A stretch of 64,000 nucleotides of DNA, taken from the human T2T-CHM13v2.0 reference genome, Homo sapiens. Position 1 is the first letter of the stretch. Each line of letters opens with the position of its first letter. The stretch lies in assembly GCF_009914755.1 (NCBI RefSeq), contig NC_060948.1; one strand, 5' to 3'. Below, piece after piece: positions 28,424 to 42,688 of this stretch. The notes below the pieces were generated by a model that saw nothing but the letters and a program-made list of their open reading frames with translations, was not told the origin of the DNA and searched no databases. Made by a program: the position numbers and the translations under genes.

Positions 28424-31400
28424 TGGAAGGCAAAGGAATGGAATCTATTGGAATGGACTGTAATGGAATGGAATGGAAGGGATTGGAATGGACTCGAATG
28501 GAATGGACTGCAATAGAAAGGATTCGAATGGAATGAAAAAGAATTGAATGGAATAGAACAGAATGGAATCAAATCGAATGAAATGGAATGGAATAGAAAG
28601 GAATGGAATGAAATGGAATGGAAAGGATTCGAATGGAATGCAATCGAATGGAATGGAATCGAACGGAATGGAATAAAATGGAAGAAAACTGGCAAGAAAT
28701 GGAATCGAAATGAATGGAGTGTTATGGAACGGACTCAAAAGGAATTGAATGTAATAGAATGGAGTGGAGTGGACTCGAATATAATGGACTGGAATGGAAT
28801 GAAATCACATGGAATGGGAACGAATGGAATGGAATGGAAAGGAATGGAATCGAATGGAAAGGAATCGAATGGAAGGGAATGAAATTGAATCAACAGGAAT
28901 GGAAGGGAATTGAATAGACGGTAATGGAATGGACTCGAATAGAATGGACACGAATGCTCAAATTGAATGGACTCGAATGGAATGGAAACGAAAGGAATGT
29001 CATCGAATGGAATTGAATCGATTGGAATGAAATCGCATAGAATGGAGTGGAATCAAATGGAATTGAATCGAAAGGAAAGGAAGCGAATGGACTGAAATGA
29101 AATGGAATGGAATTGAATGGAAAGTAATGCAATGGAATAGAATGGAACGAAATTTCACGGAATGGAATCAAACTGAATGGAATCAAATCAATGGAATCCA
29201 ATCAAATGGAATGGAGTAGATTGGATTGGATGAGATTGGAATGAAATATACTGGAAAGGACTCGAATTTCATGAAACGGAATGGAATGAATTGGAACGGA
29301 ATGGACTCGAATGGAATGGAATGTCATAGAATGGCATCAAATGGAATGGCATCAAATGGAATGGAATCGAATGCAATGGAATGCTATGGAATGGAATGGA
29401 ATGCATTGGAATGGAATGTCCTCTAATGGAATGGATTCGAGTGGAATGGAATCGAATATAATGGAGTCGAATGAAATGGAATTGAAAAGAATGGGATCGA
29501 ATACAATGGAATATACTGGAATGTAATGTAATGAACTCGAATGTAATTGACTGGAATGGAATGTACATGAATGGAATGTAATCGAATGGAAAGTAATCCA
29601 ATGGAATAGAATCTAATGCAATAAAATCGACTCAGATAGAGTAGAATGTAATGGAATGGAGTGCAGTGCAATGGAATGGAATGGAATGGAATGCAATGGA
29701 ATGGAATGGAATGGAATGGAATGGAATGGAATGGGATGGAATGGTATGGAATGGATAGTAATGGACTGGAGTGAAATGGACTGGAAAGGAATGGACTCAA
29801 ATTGAAAGGGCTGGAAAGGAATGGAGTCAAATGGAATGGTCTGGAATGGAATGAACACGAAAGTAATGCAATCCAATAGAATGGAATCGAATGGCATGGA
29901 ATATAATGAAATGGAATCGAAGAGAATGGAAACAAATGGAATGGAATTGAATGGAATGGAATTGAATGGAATGGGAACGAATGGAGTGAAATTGTATGCA
30001 GTAGAAGGGAATAGAATGGAATGCAAGCGAAAGGAAAGGAATGGATTGGAATGGAATGGAATTCATTGGAATGGAAGGGAATGTAGTGTAATGGACAGGC
30101 CTGGAATAAAGTGGAATGCTACGGTCTGGAATGGAATAAAAATGTATGGAATGGAATGCAATGAAACGGAATCGAATGTCATAGAATGTAATGGAATGCA
30201 AAAAAATGGAATCCAAAATCATTGACTGGAAAGGCTGGGTGTCGAAAGGAATTGACTCCAATGGAATGGAATCGAATGGAATGGAAGTGAATAGAATCGA
30301 ACTAAATCGAATGGAATGGAATTGATAGGAACGGAATGGAAAGGAATGCAATGATTTGGCACGGAATGGAATCGAATGGCATCGAATGGAATGGAATGGA
30401 ATGCAATGGAATGGAACGTATTAGAATGTAATGAACTTTAATGGAATGTACTCGAATGGAATCGAGTGGAATGGAATGTTCTGGAAGTGAATGGACTCCA
30501 ATGGAATGGATTCAAAAGGAATGGAATCGTACGGAATGGAATCTAATGGAATGGAATTAAATGGAAATGAATCTAATTGAATAGCACGGAATTGAATTGA
30601 ATGGAATGGAATGCAATGGAATCTAATGAAACGGAAAGGAAAGGAATGGAATGGAATGGAATGGGCTGGAATGGAAAGGAATCGAAACGAATGGAATGGA
30701 ATCGAATTGACGAGACTGGAATGGAATGCACTGGAATGGAAGGGAGTGTAATGGAAGGTTCTCGAAAAAAATGGAATCGAATGGAATGGAATTGAATGGA
30801 ACGGAATAGAGTCGAATGGAATTGAATAGAATGGAATGGACTAGAGTGAAATGGAATCGAACCACAAGGAATGGACAGGAATAGAATGGTCTCGAATTGA
30901 ATGGAATCGTATGGAATGGCATCAAACGGAATGGAATGGACAGCCACGGAATGGAATGGACACCCACGGAATGGAATGCACTCGAATGCAATGGAGTCGA
31001 CACTAATGGACTGGAATAGAATGGACTCGACTGGTACGGACTCCAATGGAATGGAATCGAATGGAAGGGAATCGAACGGAATGGACTCGAAGGGAAAAGA
31101 CTGCAATGGAAAGGTCTCGAATGGAATGGAAATTAATGGAATGGAATGGAATCGAATGAAATGGAGTCAAAAGGAATGGAATCGAATGGCAAGAAATCGA
31201 ATGTAATGGAATCGCAAGGAATTGATGTGAACGGAACGGAATGGAATGGAATCCAAAGGAATGGAATAGAATGGAATGGAATCGAATGGAAAGGACTCGA
31301 ATGGAAATCACTCGAATAGAATGCAATTTAATAAAATAGGATCAAATGTAATGGAATGGAATGGAAAGGAATCGAAACGAAAGGAATGGAGACAGATGGA

Positions 31401-31986
31401 ATGGAATGGAACAGAGAGCAATGGTATAGAATGGAATGGAATCATCTGGAATGGAATTGAATGGAATGGAATAATATGAAATGGAATGGAATGGAATGGA
31501 ATGGAATGCCCTTGAATTAAATGGACTGGAATGGAATGGACTCGAACAGAGTGGAATGGAAAGTGTTGAGATAGAATGGAATGGACTCCTTTGGAATGGT
31601 GTAGTATGCAATGCAATCGACTGGCAGGGAATCAAAAGGAATGTAATGGAATGGATTGGACAGGAATGAAATGGACTCGAATAGATTGGAAACGGAATGC
31701 AAAGGAATGGAATGGAATAGTATGGAATGGAATGGAAAGGAATGGAGTGGAATAGACTAGAGTGGAATGGAATGGACTGGAAAGCAATAGACTGGAATGG
31801 AACTTTTTGAATGGACTGGAATCAAACGGAATGGAATGCAATGCAATCAAATGGCATGGAATAAAATAGAATGAAAGAGAATCAAATGGAATTGAATCGA
31901 ATGGAATCGAATGGATTGGAAAGGAATAGAATGGAATGGAATGGAATTGACTCAAATGGAATGGACTAGAATGGAATGGATTCGAA
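28424..31986 (+). repeat. DYZ1 unit 9 (3563 bp)
   Basis: Anchor recurrence; GGCC 30098; 15-bp deletion near 29212, 20-bp duplication 30931-30970, 1-bp deletion near 31806. Confidence 0.9.
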
Positions 31987-34900
31987 TGGAAGGCAAAGGA
32001 ATGGAATCTATTGGAATGGACTGTAATGGAATGGAATGGAAGGGATTGGAATGGACTCGAATGGAATGGACTGCAATAGAAAGGATTCGAATGGAATGAA
32101 AAAGAATTGAATGGAATAGAACAGAATGGAATCAAATCGAATGAAATGGAATGGAATAGAAAGGAATGGAATGAAATGGAATGGAAAGGATTCGAATGGA
32201 ATGCAATCGAATGGAATGGAATCGAACGGAATGGAATAAAATGGAAGAAAACTGGCAAGAAATGGAATCGAAATGAATGGAGTGTTATGGAACGGACTCA
32301 AAAGGAATTGAATGTAATAGAATGGAGTGGAGTGGACTCGAATATAATGGACTGGAATGGAATGAAATCACATGGAATGGGAACGAATGGAATGGAATGG
32401 AAAGGAATGGAATCGAATGGAAAGGAATCGAATGGAAGGGAATGAAATTGAATCAACAGGAATGGAAGGGAATAGAATAGACGGTAATGGAATGGACTCG
32501 AATAGAATGGACACGAATGCTGAAATGGAATGGACTCGAATGGAATGGAAACGAAAGGAATGTCATCGAATGGAATTGAATCGATTGGAATGAAATCGCA
32601 TAGAATGGAGTGGAATCAAATGGAATTGAATCGAAAGGAAAGGAAGCGAATGGACTGAAATGAAATGGAATGGAATTGAATGGAAAGTAATGCAATGGAA
32701 TAGAATGGAACGAAATTTCACAGAATGGAATCAAACTGAATGGAATCAAACCAATGGAATCAAATCAAATGGAATGGAAAGGAATTGAATGGAGTAGATT
32801 GGATTGGATGGGATTGGAATGAAATGTACTGGAAAGGACTCGAATTTCATGAAACGGAATGGAATGAATTGGAACGGAACGGACTCGAATGGAATGGAAT
32901 GTCATGGAATGGCATCAAATGGAATGGCATCAAATGGAATGGAATCGAATGCAATGGAATGCTATGGAATGGAATGGAATGCATTGGAATGGAATGTCCT
33001 CTAATGGAATGGATTCGAGTGGAATGGAATCGAATATAATTGAGTCGAATGAAATGGAATTGAAAGGAATGGGATCGAATACAATGGAATATACTGGAAT
33101 GTAATGTAATGAACTCGAATGTAATTGACTGGAATGGAATGTATATGAATGGAATGTAATCGAATGGAAAGTAATCCAATGGAATAGAATCTAATGCAAT
33201 AAAATCGACTCAGATAGAGTAGAATGTAATGGAATGGAGTGCAGTGCAATGGAATGGAATGGAATGGAATGCAATGGAATGGAATGGAATGGAATGGAAT
33301 GGAATGGAATGGAATGGAATGGAATGGAATGGGATGGAATGGTATGGAATGGATAGTAATGGACTGGAGTGAAATGGACTGGAAAGGAATGGACTCAAAT
33401 TGAAAGGGCTGGAAAGGAATGGAGTCAAATGGAATGGTCTGGAATGGAATGAACACGAAAGTAATGCAATCCAATAGAATGGAATCGAATGGCATGGAAT
33501 ATAATGAAATGGAATCGAAGAGAATGGAAACAAATGGAATGGAATTGAATGGAATGGAATTGAATGGAATGGGAACGAATGGAGTGAAATTGTATGCAGT
33601 AGAAGGGAATAGAATGGAATGCAAGCGAAAGGAAAGGAATGGATTGGAATGGAATGGAATTCATTGGAATGGAAGGGAATGTAGTGTAATGGACAGGCCT
33701 GGAATAAAGTGGAATGCTACGGTCTCGAATGGAATAAAAATGTATGGAATGGAATGCAATGAAACGGAATCGAATGTCATAGAATGTAATGGAATGCAAA
33801 AAAATGGAATCCAAAATCATTGACTGGAAAGGCTGGGTGTCGAAAGGAATTGACTCCAATGGAATGGAATGGAATGGAATGGAAGTGAATAGAATCGAAC
33901 TAAATCGAATGGAATGGAATTGATAGGAACGGAATGGAAAGGAATGCAATGATTTGGCACGGAATGGAATCGAATGGCATCGAATGGAATGGAATGGAAT
34001 GCAATGGAATGGAACGTATTAGAATGTAATGAACTTTAATGGAATGTACTCGAATGGAATCGAGTGGAATGGAATGTTCTGGAAGTGAATGGACTCCAAT
34101 GGAATGGATTCAAAAGGAATGGAATCGTACGGAATGGAATCTAATGGAATGGAATTAAATGGAAATGAATCAAATTGAATAGCATGGAATTGAATTGAAT
34201 GGAATCGAATGCAATGGAATCTAATGAAACGGAAAGGAAAGGAATGGAATGGAATGGAATGGGCTGGAATGGAAAGGAATCGAAACGAATGGAATGGAAT
34301 CGAATTGACGAGACTGGAATGGAATGCACTGGAATGGAAGGGAGTGTAATGGAAGGTTCTCGAAAAAAATGGAATCGAATGGAATGGAATTGAATGGAAC
34401 GGAATAGAGTCGAATGGAATTGAATAGAATGGAATGGACTAGAGTGAAATGGAATCGAACCACAAGGAATGGACAGAAATAGAATGGTCTCGAATTGAAT
34501 GGAATCGTATGGAATGGCATCAAACGGAATGGAATGGACAGCCACGGAATGGAATGCACTCGAATGCAATGGAGTCGAAACTAATGGACTGGAATAGAAT
34601 GGACTCGACTGGTACGGACTCCAATGGAATGGAATCGAATGGAAGGGAATCGAACGGAATGGACTCGAAGGGAAAAGACTGCAATGGAAAGGTCTCGAAT
34701 GGAATGGAAATTAATGGAATGGAATGGAATCGAATGAAATGGAGTCAAAAGGAATGGAATCGAATGGCAAGAAATCGAATGTAATGGAATCACAAGGAAT
34801 TGATGTGAACGGAACGGAATGGAATGGAATCCAAAGGAATGGAATAGAATGGAATGGAATCGAATGGAAAGGACTCGAATGGAAATCACTCGAATAGAAT

Positions 34901-35565
34901 GCAATTTAATAAAATAGGATCAAATGTAATGGAATGACATGGAAAGGAATCGAAACGAAAGGAATGGAGACAGATGGAATGGAATGGAACAGAGAGCAAT
35001 GGTATAGAATGGAATGGAATCATCTGGAATGGAATTGAATGGAATGGAATAATATGAAATGGAATGGAATGGAATGGAATGGAATGCCCTTGAATTAAAT
35101 GGACTGGAATGGAATGGACTCGAACAGAGTGGAATGGAAAGTGTTGAGATAGAATGGAATGGACTCCTTTGGAATGGTGTAGTATGCTATGCAATCGACT
35201 GGCAGGGAATCAAAAGGAATGTAAAGGAATGGATTGGACAGGAATGAAATGGACTCGAATAGATTGGAAACGGAATGCAAAGGAATGGAATGGAATAGTA
35301 TGGAATGGAATGGAAAGGAATGGAGTGGAATAGACTAGAGTGGAATGGAATGGACTGGAAAGCAATAGACTGGAATGGAACTTTCTTGAATGGACTGGAA
35401 TCAAACGGAATGGAATGCAATGCAATCAAATGGCATGGAATAAAATAGAATGAAAGAGAATCAAATGGAATTGAATCGAATGGAATCGAATGGATTGGAA
35501 AGGAATAGAATGGAATGGAATGGAATTGACTCAAATGGAATGGACTAGAATGGAATGGATTCGAA
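31987..35565 (+). repeat. DYZ1 unit 10 (3579 bp)
   Basis: Anchor recurrence; GGCC 33696; expanded GGAAT tract 33251-33330. Confidence 0.9.
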
Positions 35566-38500
35566 TGGAAGGCAAAGGAATGGAATCTATTGGAATGGAC
35601 TGTAATGGAATGGAATGGAAGGGATTGGAATGGACTCGAATGGAATGGACTGCAATAGAAAGGATTCGAATGGAATGAAAAAGAATTGAATGGAATAGAA
35701 CACAATGGAATCAAATCGAATGAAATGGAATGGAATAGAAAGGAATGGAATGAAATGGAATGGAAAGGATTCGAATGGAATGCAATCGAATGGAATGGAA
35801 TCGAACGGAATGGAATAAAATGGAAGAAAACTGGCAAGAAATGGAATCGAAATGAATGGAGAGTTATGGAACGGACTCAAAAGGAATTGAATGTAATAGA
35901 ATGGAGTGGAGTGGACTCGAATATAATGGACTGGAATGGAATGAAATCACATGGAATGGGAACGAATGGAATGGAATGGAAAGGAATGGAATCGAATGGA
36001 AAGGAATCGAATGGAAGGGAATGAAATTGAATCAACAGGAATGGAAGGGAATAGAATAGACGGTAATGGAATGGACTCGAATAGAATGGACACGAATGCT
36101 GAAATGGAATGGACTCAAATGGAATGGAAACGAAAGGAATGTCATCGAATGGAATTGAATCGATTGGAATGAAATCGCATAGAATGGAGTGGAATCAAAT
36201 GGAATTGAATCGAAAGGAAAGGAAGCGAATGGACTGAAATGAAATGGAATGGAATTGAATGGAAAGTAATGCAATGGAATAGAATGGAACGAAATTTCAC
36301 AGAATGGAATCAAACTGAATGGAATCAAACCAATGGAATCAAATCAAATGGAATGGAAAGGAATTGAATGGAGTAGATTGGATTGGATGGGATTGGAATG
36401 AAATGTACTGGAAAGGACTCGAATTTCATGAAACGGAATGGAATGAATTGGAACGGAACGGACTCGAATGGAATGGAATGTCATGGAATGGCATCAAATG
36501 GAATGGCATCAAATGGAATGGAATCGAATGCAATGGAATGCTATGGAATGGAATGGAATGCATTTTAATGGAATGTCCTCTAATGGAATGGATTCGAGTG
36601 GAATGGAATCGAATATAATGGAGTCGAATGAAATGGAATTGAAAGGATTGGGATCGAATACAATGGAATATACTGGAATGTAATGTAATGAACTCGAATG
36701 TAATTGACTGGAATGGAATGTACATGAATGGAATGTAATCGAATGGAAAGTAATCCAATGGAATAGAATCTAATGCAATAAAATCGACTCAGATAGAGTA
36801 GAATGTAATGGGATGGAGTGCAGTGCAATGGAATGGAATGGAATGGAATGCAATGGAATGGAATGGAATGGAATGCAATGGAATGGAATGGAATGGAATG
36901 GAATGGAATGGGATGGAATGGTATGGAATGGATAGTAATGGACTGGAGTGAAATGGACTGGAAAGGAATGGACTCAAATTGAAAGGGCTCGAAAGGAATG
37001 GAGTCAAATGGAATGATCTGGAATGGAATGAACACGAAAGTAATGCAATCCAATAGAATGGAATCGAATGGCATGGAATATAATGAAATGGAATCGAAGA
37101 GAATGGAAACAAATGGAATGGAATTGAATGGAATGGAATTGAATGGAATGGGAACGAATGGAGTGAAATTGTATGCAGTAGAAGGGAATAGAATGGAATG
37201 CAAGCGAAAGGAAAGGAATGGATTGGAATGGAATGGAATTCATTGGAATGGAAGGGAATGTAGTGTAATGGACAGGCCTGGAATAAAGTGGAATGCTACG
37301 GTCTCGAGTGGAATAAAAATGTATGGAATGGAATGCAATGAAACGGAATCGAATGTCATAGAATGTAATGGTATGCAAAAAAATGGAATCCAAAATCATT
37401 GACTGGAAAGGCTGGGTGTCGAAAGGAATTGACTCCAATGGAATGGAATCGAATGGAATGGAAGTGAATAGAATCGAACTAAATCGAATGGAATGGAATT
37501 GATAGGAACGGAATGGAAAGGAATGCAATGATTTGGCACGGAATGGAATCGAATGGCATCGAATGGAATGGAATGGAATGCAATGGAATGGAACGTATTA
37601 GAATGTAATGAACTTTAATGGAATGTACTCGAATGGAATCGACTGGAATGGAATGTTCTGGAAGTGAATGGACTCCAATGGAATGGATACAAAAGGAATG
37701 GAATCGTACGGAATGGAATCTAATGGAATGGAATTAAATGGAAATGAATCAAATTGAATAGCATGGAATTGAATTGAATGGAATCAAATGCAATGGAATC
37801 TAATGAAACGGAAAGGAAAGGAATGGAATGGAATGGAATGGGCTGGAATGGAAAGGAATCGAAACGAATGGAATGGAATCGAATTGACGAGACTGGAATG
37901 GAATGCACTGGAATGGAAGGGAGTGTAATGGAAGGTTCTCGAAAAAAATGGAATCGAATGGAATGGAATTGAATGGAACGGAATAGAGTCGAATGGAATT
38001 GAATAGAATGGAATGGACTAGAGTGAAATGGAATCGAACCACAAGGAATGGACAGGAATAGAATGGTCTCGAATTGAATGGAATCGTATGGAATGGCATC
38101 AAACGGAATGGAATGGACAGCCACGGAATGGAATGCACTCGAATGCAATGGAGTCGAAACTAATGGACTGGAATAGAATGGACTCGACTGGTACGGACTC
38201 CAATGGAATGGAATCGAATGGAAGGGAATCGAACGGAATGGACTCGAAGGGAAAAGACTGCAATGGAAAGGTCTCGAATGGAATGGAAATTAATGGAATG
38301 GAATGGAATCGAATGAAATGGAGTCAAAAGGAATGGAATCGAATGGCAAGAAATCGAATGTAATGGAATCGCAAGGAATTGATGTGAACGGAACGGAATG
38401 GAATGGAATCCAAAGGAATGGAATAGAATGGAATGGAATCGAATGGAAAGGACTCGAATGGAAATCACTCGAATAGAATGCAATTTAATAAAATAGGATC

Positions 38501-39144
38501 AAATGTAATGGAATGGAATGGAAAGGAATCGAAACGAAAGGAATGGAGACAGATGGAATGGAATGGAACAGAGAGCAATGGTATAGAATGGAATGGAATC
38601 ATCTGGAATGGAATTGAATGGAATGGAATAATATGAAATGGAATGGAATGGAATGGAATGGAATGCCCTTGAATTAAATGGACTGGAATGGAATGGACTC
38701 GAACAGAGTGGAATGGAAAGTGTTGAGATAGAATAGAATGGACTCGTTTGGAATGGTCTAGTATGCAATGCAATCGACTGGCAGGGAATCAAAAGGAATG
38801 TAATGGAATGGATTGGACAGGAATGAAATGGACTCGAATAGATTGGAAACGGAATGCAAAGGAATGGAATGGAATAGTATGGAATGGAATGGAAAGGAAT
38901 GGAGTGGAATAGACTAGACTGGAATGGAATGGACTGGAAAGCAATGGACTGGAATGGAACTTTCTTGAATGGACTGGAATCAAACGGAATGGAATGCAAT
39001 GCAATCAAATGGCATGGAATAAAATAGAATGAAAGAGAATCAAATGGAATTGAATCGAATGGAATCGAATGGATTGGAAAGGAATAGAATGGAATGGAAT
39101 GGAATTGACTCAAATGGAATGGACTAGAATGGAATGGATTCGAA
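35566..39144 (+). repeat. DYZ1 unit 11 (3579 bp)
   Basis: Anchor recurrence; GGCC 37275. Confidence 0.9.
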
Positions 39145-42100
39145 TGGAAGGCAAAGGAATGGAATCTATTGGAATGGACTGTAATGGAATGGAATGGAAG
39201 GGATTGGAATGGACTCGAATGGAATGGACTGCAATAGAAAGGATTCGAATGGAATGAAAAAGAATTGAATGGAATAGAACAGAATGGAATCAAATCGAAT
39301 GAAATGGAATGGAATAGAAAGGAATGGAATGAAATGGAATGGAAAGGATTCGAATGGAATGCAATCGAATGGAATGGAATCGAACGGAATGGAATAAAAT
39401 GGAAGAAAACTGGCAAGAAATGGAATCGAAATGAATGGAGTGTTATGGAACGGACTCAAAAGGAATTGAATGTAATAGAATGGAGTGGAGTGGACTCGAA
39501 TATAATGGACTGGAATGGAATGAAATCACATGGAATGGGAACGAATGGAATGGAATGGAAAGGAATGGAATCGAATGGAAAGGAATCGAATGGAAGGGAA
39601 TGAAATTGAATCAACAGGAATGGAAGGGAATAGAATAGACTGTAATGGAATGGACTCGAATAGAATGGACACGAATGCTGAAATTGAATGGACTCGAATG
39701 CAATGGAAACGAAAGGAATGTCATCGAATGGAATTGAATCGATTGGAATGAAATCGCATAGAATGGAGTGGAATCAAATGGAATTGAATCGAAAGGAAAG
39801 GAAGCGAATGGACTGAAATGAAATGGAATGGAATTGAATGGAAAGTAATGCAATGGAATAGAATGGAACGAAATTTCACAGAATGGAATCAAACTGAATG
39901 GAATCAAACCAAAGGAATCAAATCAAATGGAATGGAAAGGAATTGAATGGAGTAGATTGGATTGGATGGGATTGGAATGAAATGTACTGGAAAGGACTCG
40001 AATTTCATGAAACGGAATGGAATGAATTGGAACGGAACGGACTCGAATGGAATGGAATGTCATGGAATGGCATCAAATGGAATGGCATCAAATGGAATGG
40101 AATCGAATGCAATGGAATGCTATGGAATGGAATGGAATGCATTTTAATGGAATGTCCTCTAATGGAATGGATTCGAGTGGAATGGAATCGAATATAATGG
40201 AGTCGAATGAAATGGAATTGAAAGGAATGGGATCGAATACAATGGAATATACTGGAATGTAATGTAATGAACTCGAATGTAATTGACTGGAATGGAATGT
40301 ACATGAATGGAATGTAATCGAATGGAAAGTAATCCAATGGAATAGAATCTAATGCAATAAAATCGACTCAGATAGAGTAGAATGTAATGGAATGGAGTGC
40401 AGTGCAATGGAATGGAATGGAATGGAATGCAATGGAATGGAATGGAATGGAATGGAATGGAATGGTGTGGAATGGATAGTAATGGACTGGAGTGAAATGG
40501 ACTGGAAAGGAATGGACTCAAATTGAATGGGCTCGAAAGGAATGGAGTCAAATGGAATGGTCTGGAATGGAATGAACACGAATGTAATGCAATCCAATAG
40601 AATGGAATCGAATGGCATGGAATATAAAGAAATGGAATCGAAGAGAATGGAAACAAATGGAATGGAATTGAGTGGAATGGAATTGAATGGAATGGGAACG
40701 AATGGAGTGAAATTGTATGCAGTAGAAGAGAATAGAATGGAATGCAAGCGAAAGGAAAGGAATGGATTGGAATGGAATGGAATTCATTGGAATGGAAGGG
40801 AATGTAGTGTAATGGACAGGCCTGGAATAAAGTGGAATGCTACGGTCTCGAATGGAATAAAAATGTATGGAATGGAATGCAATGAAATGGAATCGAATGT
40901 CATAGAATGTAATGGAATGCAAAAAAATGGACTCCAAAATCATTGACTGGAAAGGCTGGGTGTCGAAAGGAATTGACTCCAATGGAATGGAATCGAATGG
41001 AATGGAAGTGAATAGAATCGAACTAAATCGAATGGAATGGAATTGATAGGAACGGAATGGAAAGGAATGCAATGATTTGGCATGGAATGGAATCGAATGG
41101 CATCGAATGGAATGGAATGGAATGCAATGGAATGGAATGTATTAGAATGGAATGAACTTTAATGGAATGTACTCGAATGGATTCGACTGGAATGGAATGT
41201 TCTGGAAGTGAATGGACTCCAATGGAATGGATTCAAAAGGAATGGAATCGTACGGAATGGAATCTAATGGAATGGAATTAAATGGAAATGAATCAAATTG
41301 AATAGCACGGAATTGAACTGAATGGAATGGAATGCAATGGAATCTAATGAAACGGAAAGGAAAGGAATGGAATGGAATGGAATGGGCTGGAATGGAAAGG
41401 AATCGAAACGAATGGAATGGAATCGAACTGAAGAGACTGGAATGGAATGCACTGGAATGGAAGGGAGTGTAATGGAAGGTTCTCGAAAAAAATGGAATGG
41501 AATGGAATGGAATTGAATGGAACGGAATAGAGTCGAATGGAATTGAATGCAATGGAATGGACTAGAGTGAAATGGAATCGAACAACAAGGAATGGACAGG
41601 AATAGAATGGTCTCGAATTGAATGGAATCGTATGGAATGGCATCAAACGGAATGGAATGGACAGCCACGGAATGGAATGCACTCGAATGCAATGGAGTCG
41701 AAACTAATGGACTGGAATAGAATGGACTCGACTGGTATGGACTCCAATGGAATGGAATCGAATGGAAGGGAATCGAACGGAATGGACTCGAAGGGACAAG
41801 ACTGCAATGGAAAGGTCTCGAATGGAATGGAAATTAATGGAATGGAATGGAATCGAATGAAATGGAGTCAAAAGGAATGGAATCGAATGGCAAGAAATCG
41901 AATGTAATGGAATCGCAAGGAATTGATGTGAACGGAACGGAATGGAATGGAATCCAAAGGAATGGAATAGAATGGAATGGAATCGAATGGAAAGGACTCG
42001 AATGGAAATCACTCGAATAGAATGCAATTTAATAAAATAGGATCAAATGTAATGGAATGGAATGGAAAGGAATCGAAACGAAAGGAATGGAGACAGATGG

Positions 42101-42688
42101 AATGGAATGGAACAGAGAGCAATGGTATAGAATGGAATGGAATCATCTGGAATGGAATTGAATGGAATGGAATAATATGAAATGGAATGGAATGGAATGG
42201 AATGGAATGCCGTTGAATTAAATGGACTGGAATGGAATGGACTCGAACAGAGTGGAATGGAAAGTGTTGAGATAGAATGGAATGGACTCCTTTGGAATGG
42301 TCTAGTATGCAATGCAATCGACTGGTAGGGAATCAAAAGGAATGTAATCGAATGGATTGGACTGGAATGCAATGGACTCGAATAGATTGGAAACGGAATG
42401 CAAAGGAATGGAATGGAATAGTATGGAATGGAATGGAAAGGAATGGAGTGGAATAGACTAGAGTGGAATGGAATGGACTGGAAAGCAATGGACTGGAATG
42501 GAACTTTCTTGAATGGACTGGAATCAAACGGAATGGAATGCAATGCAATCAAATGGCGTGGAATAAAATAGAATGAAAGAGAATCAAATGGAATTGAATC
42601 GAATGGAATCGAATGGATTGGAAAGGAATAGAATGGAATGGAATAGAATTGACTCAAATGGAATGGACTAGAATGGAATGGATTCGAA
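39145..42688 (+). repeat. DYZ1 unit 12 (3544 bp)
   Basis: Anchor recurrence; GGCC 40819. Confidence 0.9.
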
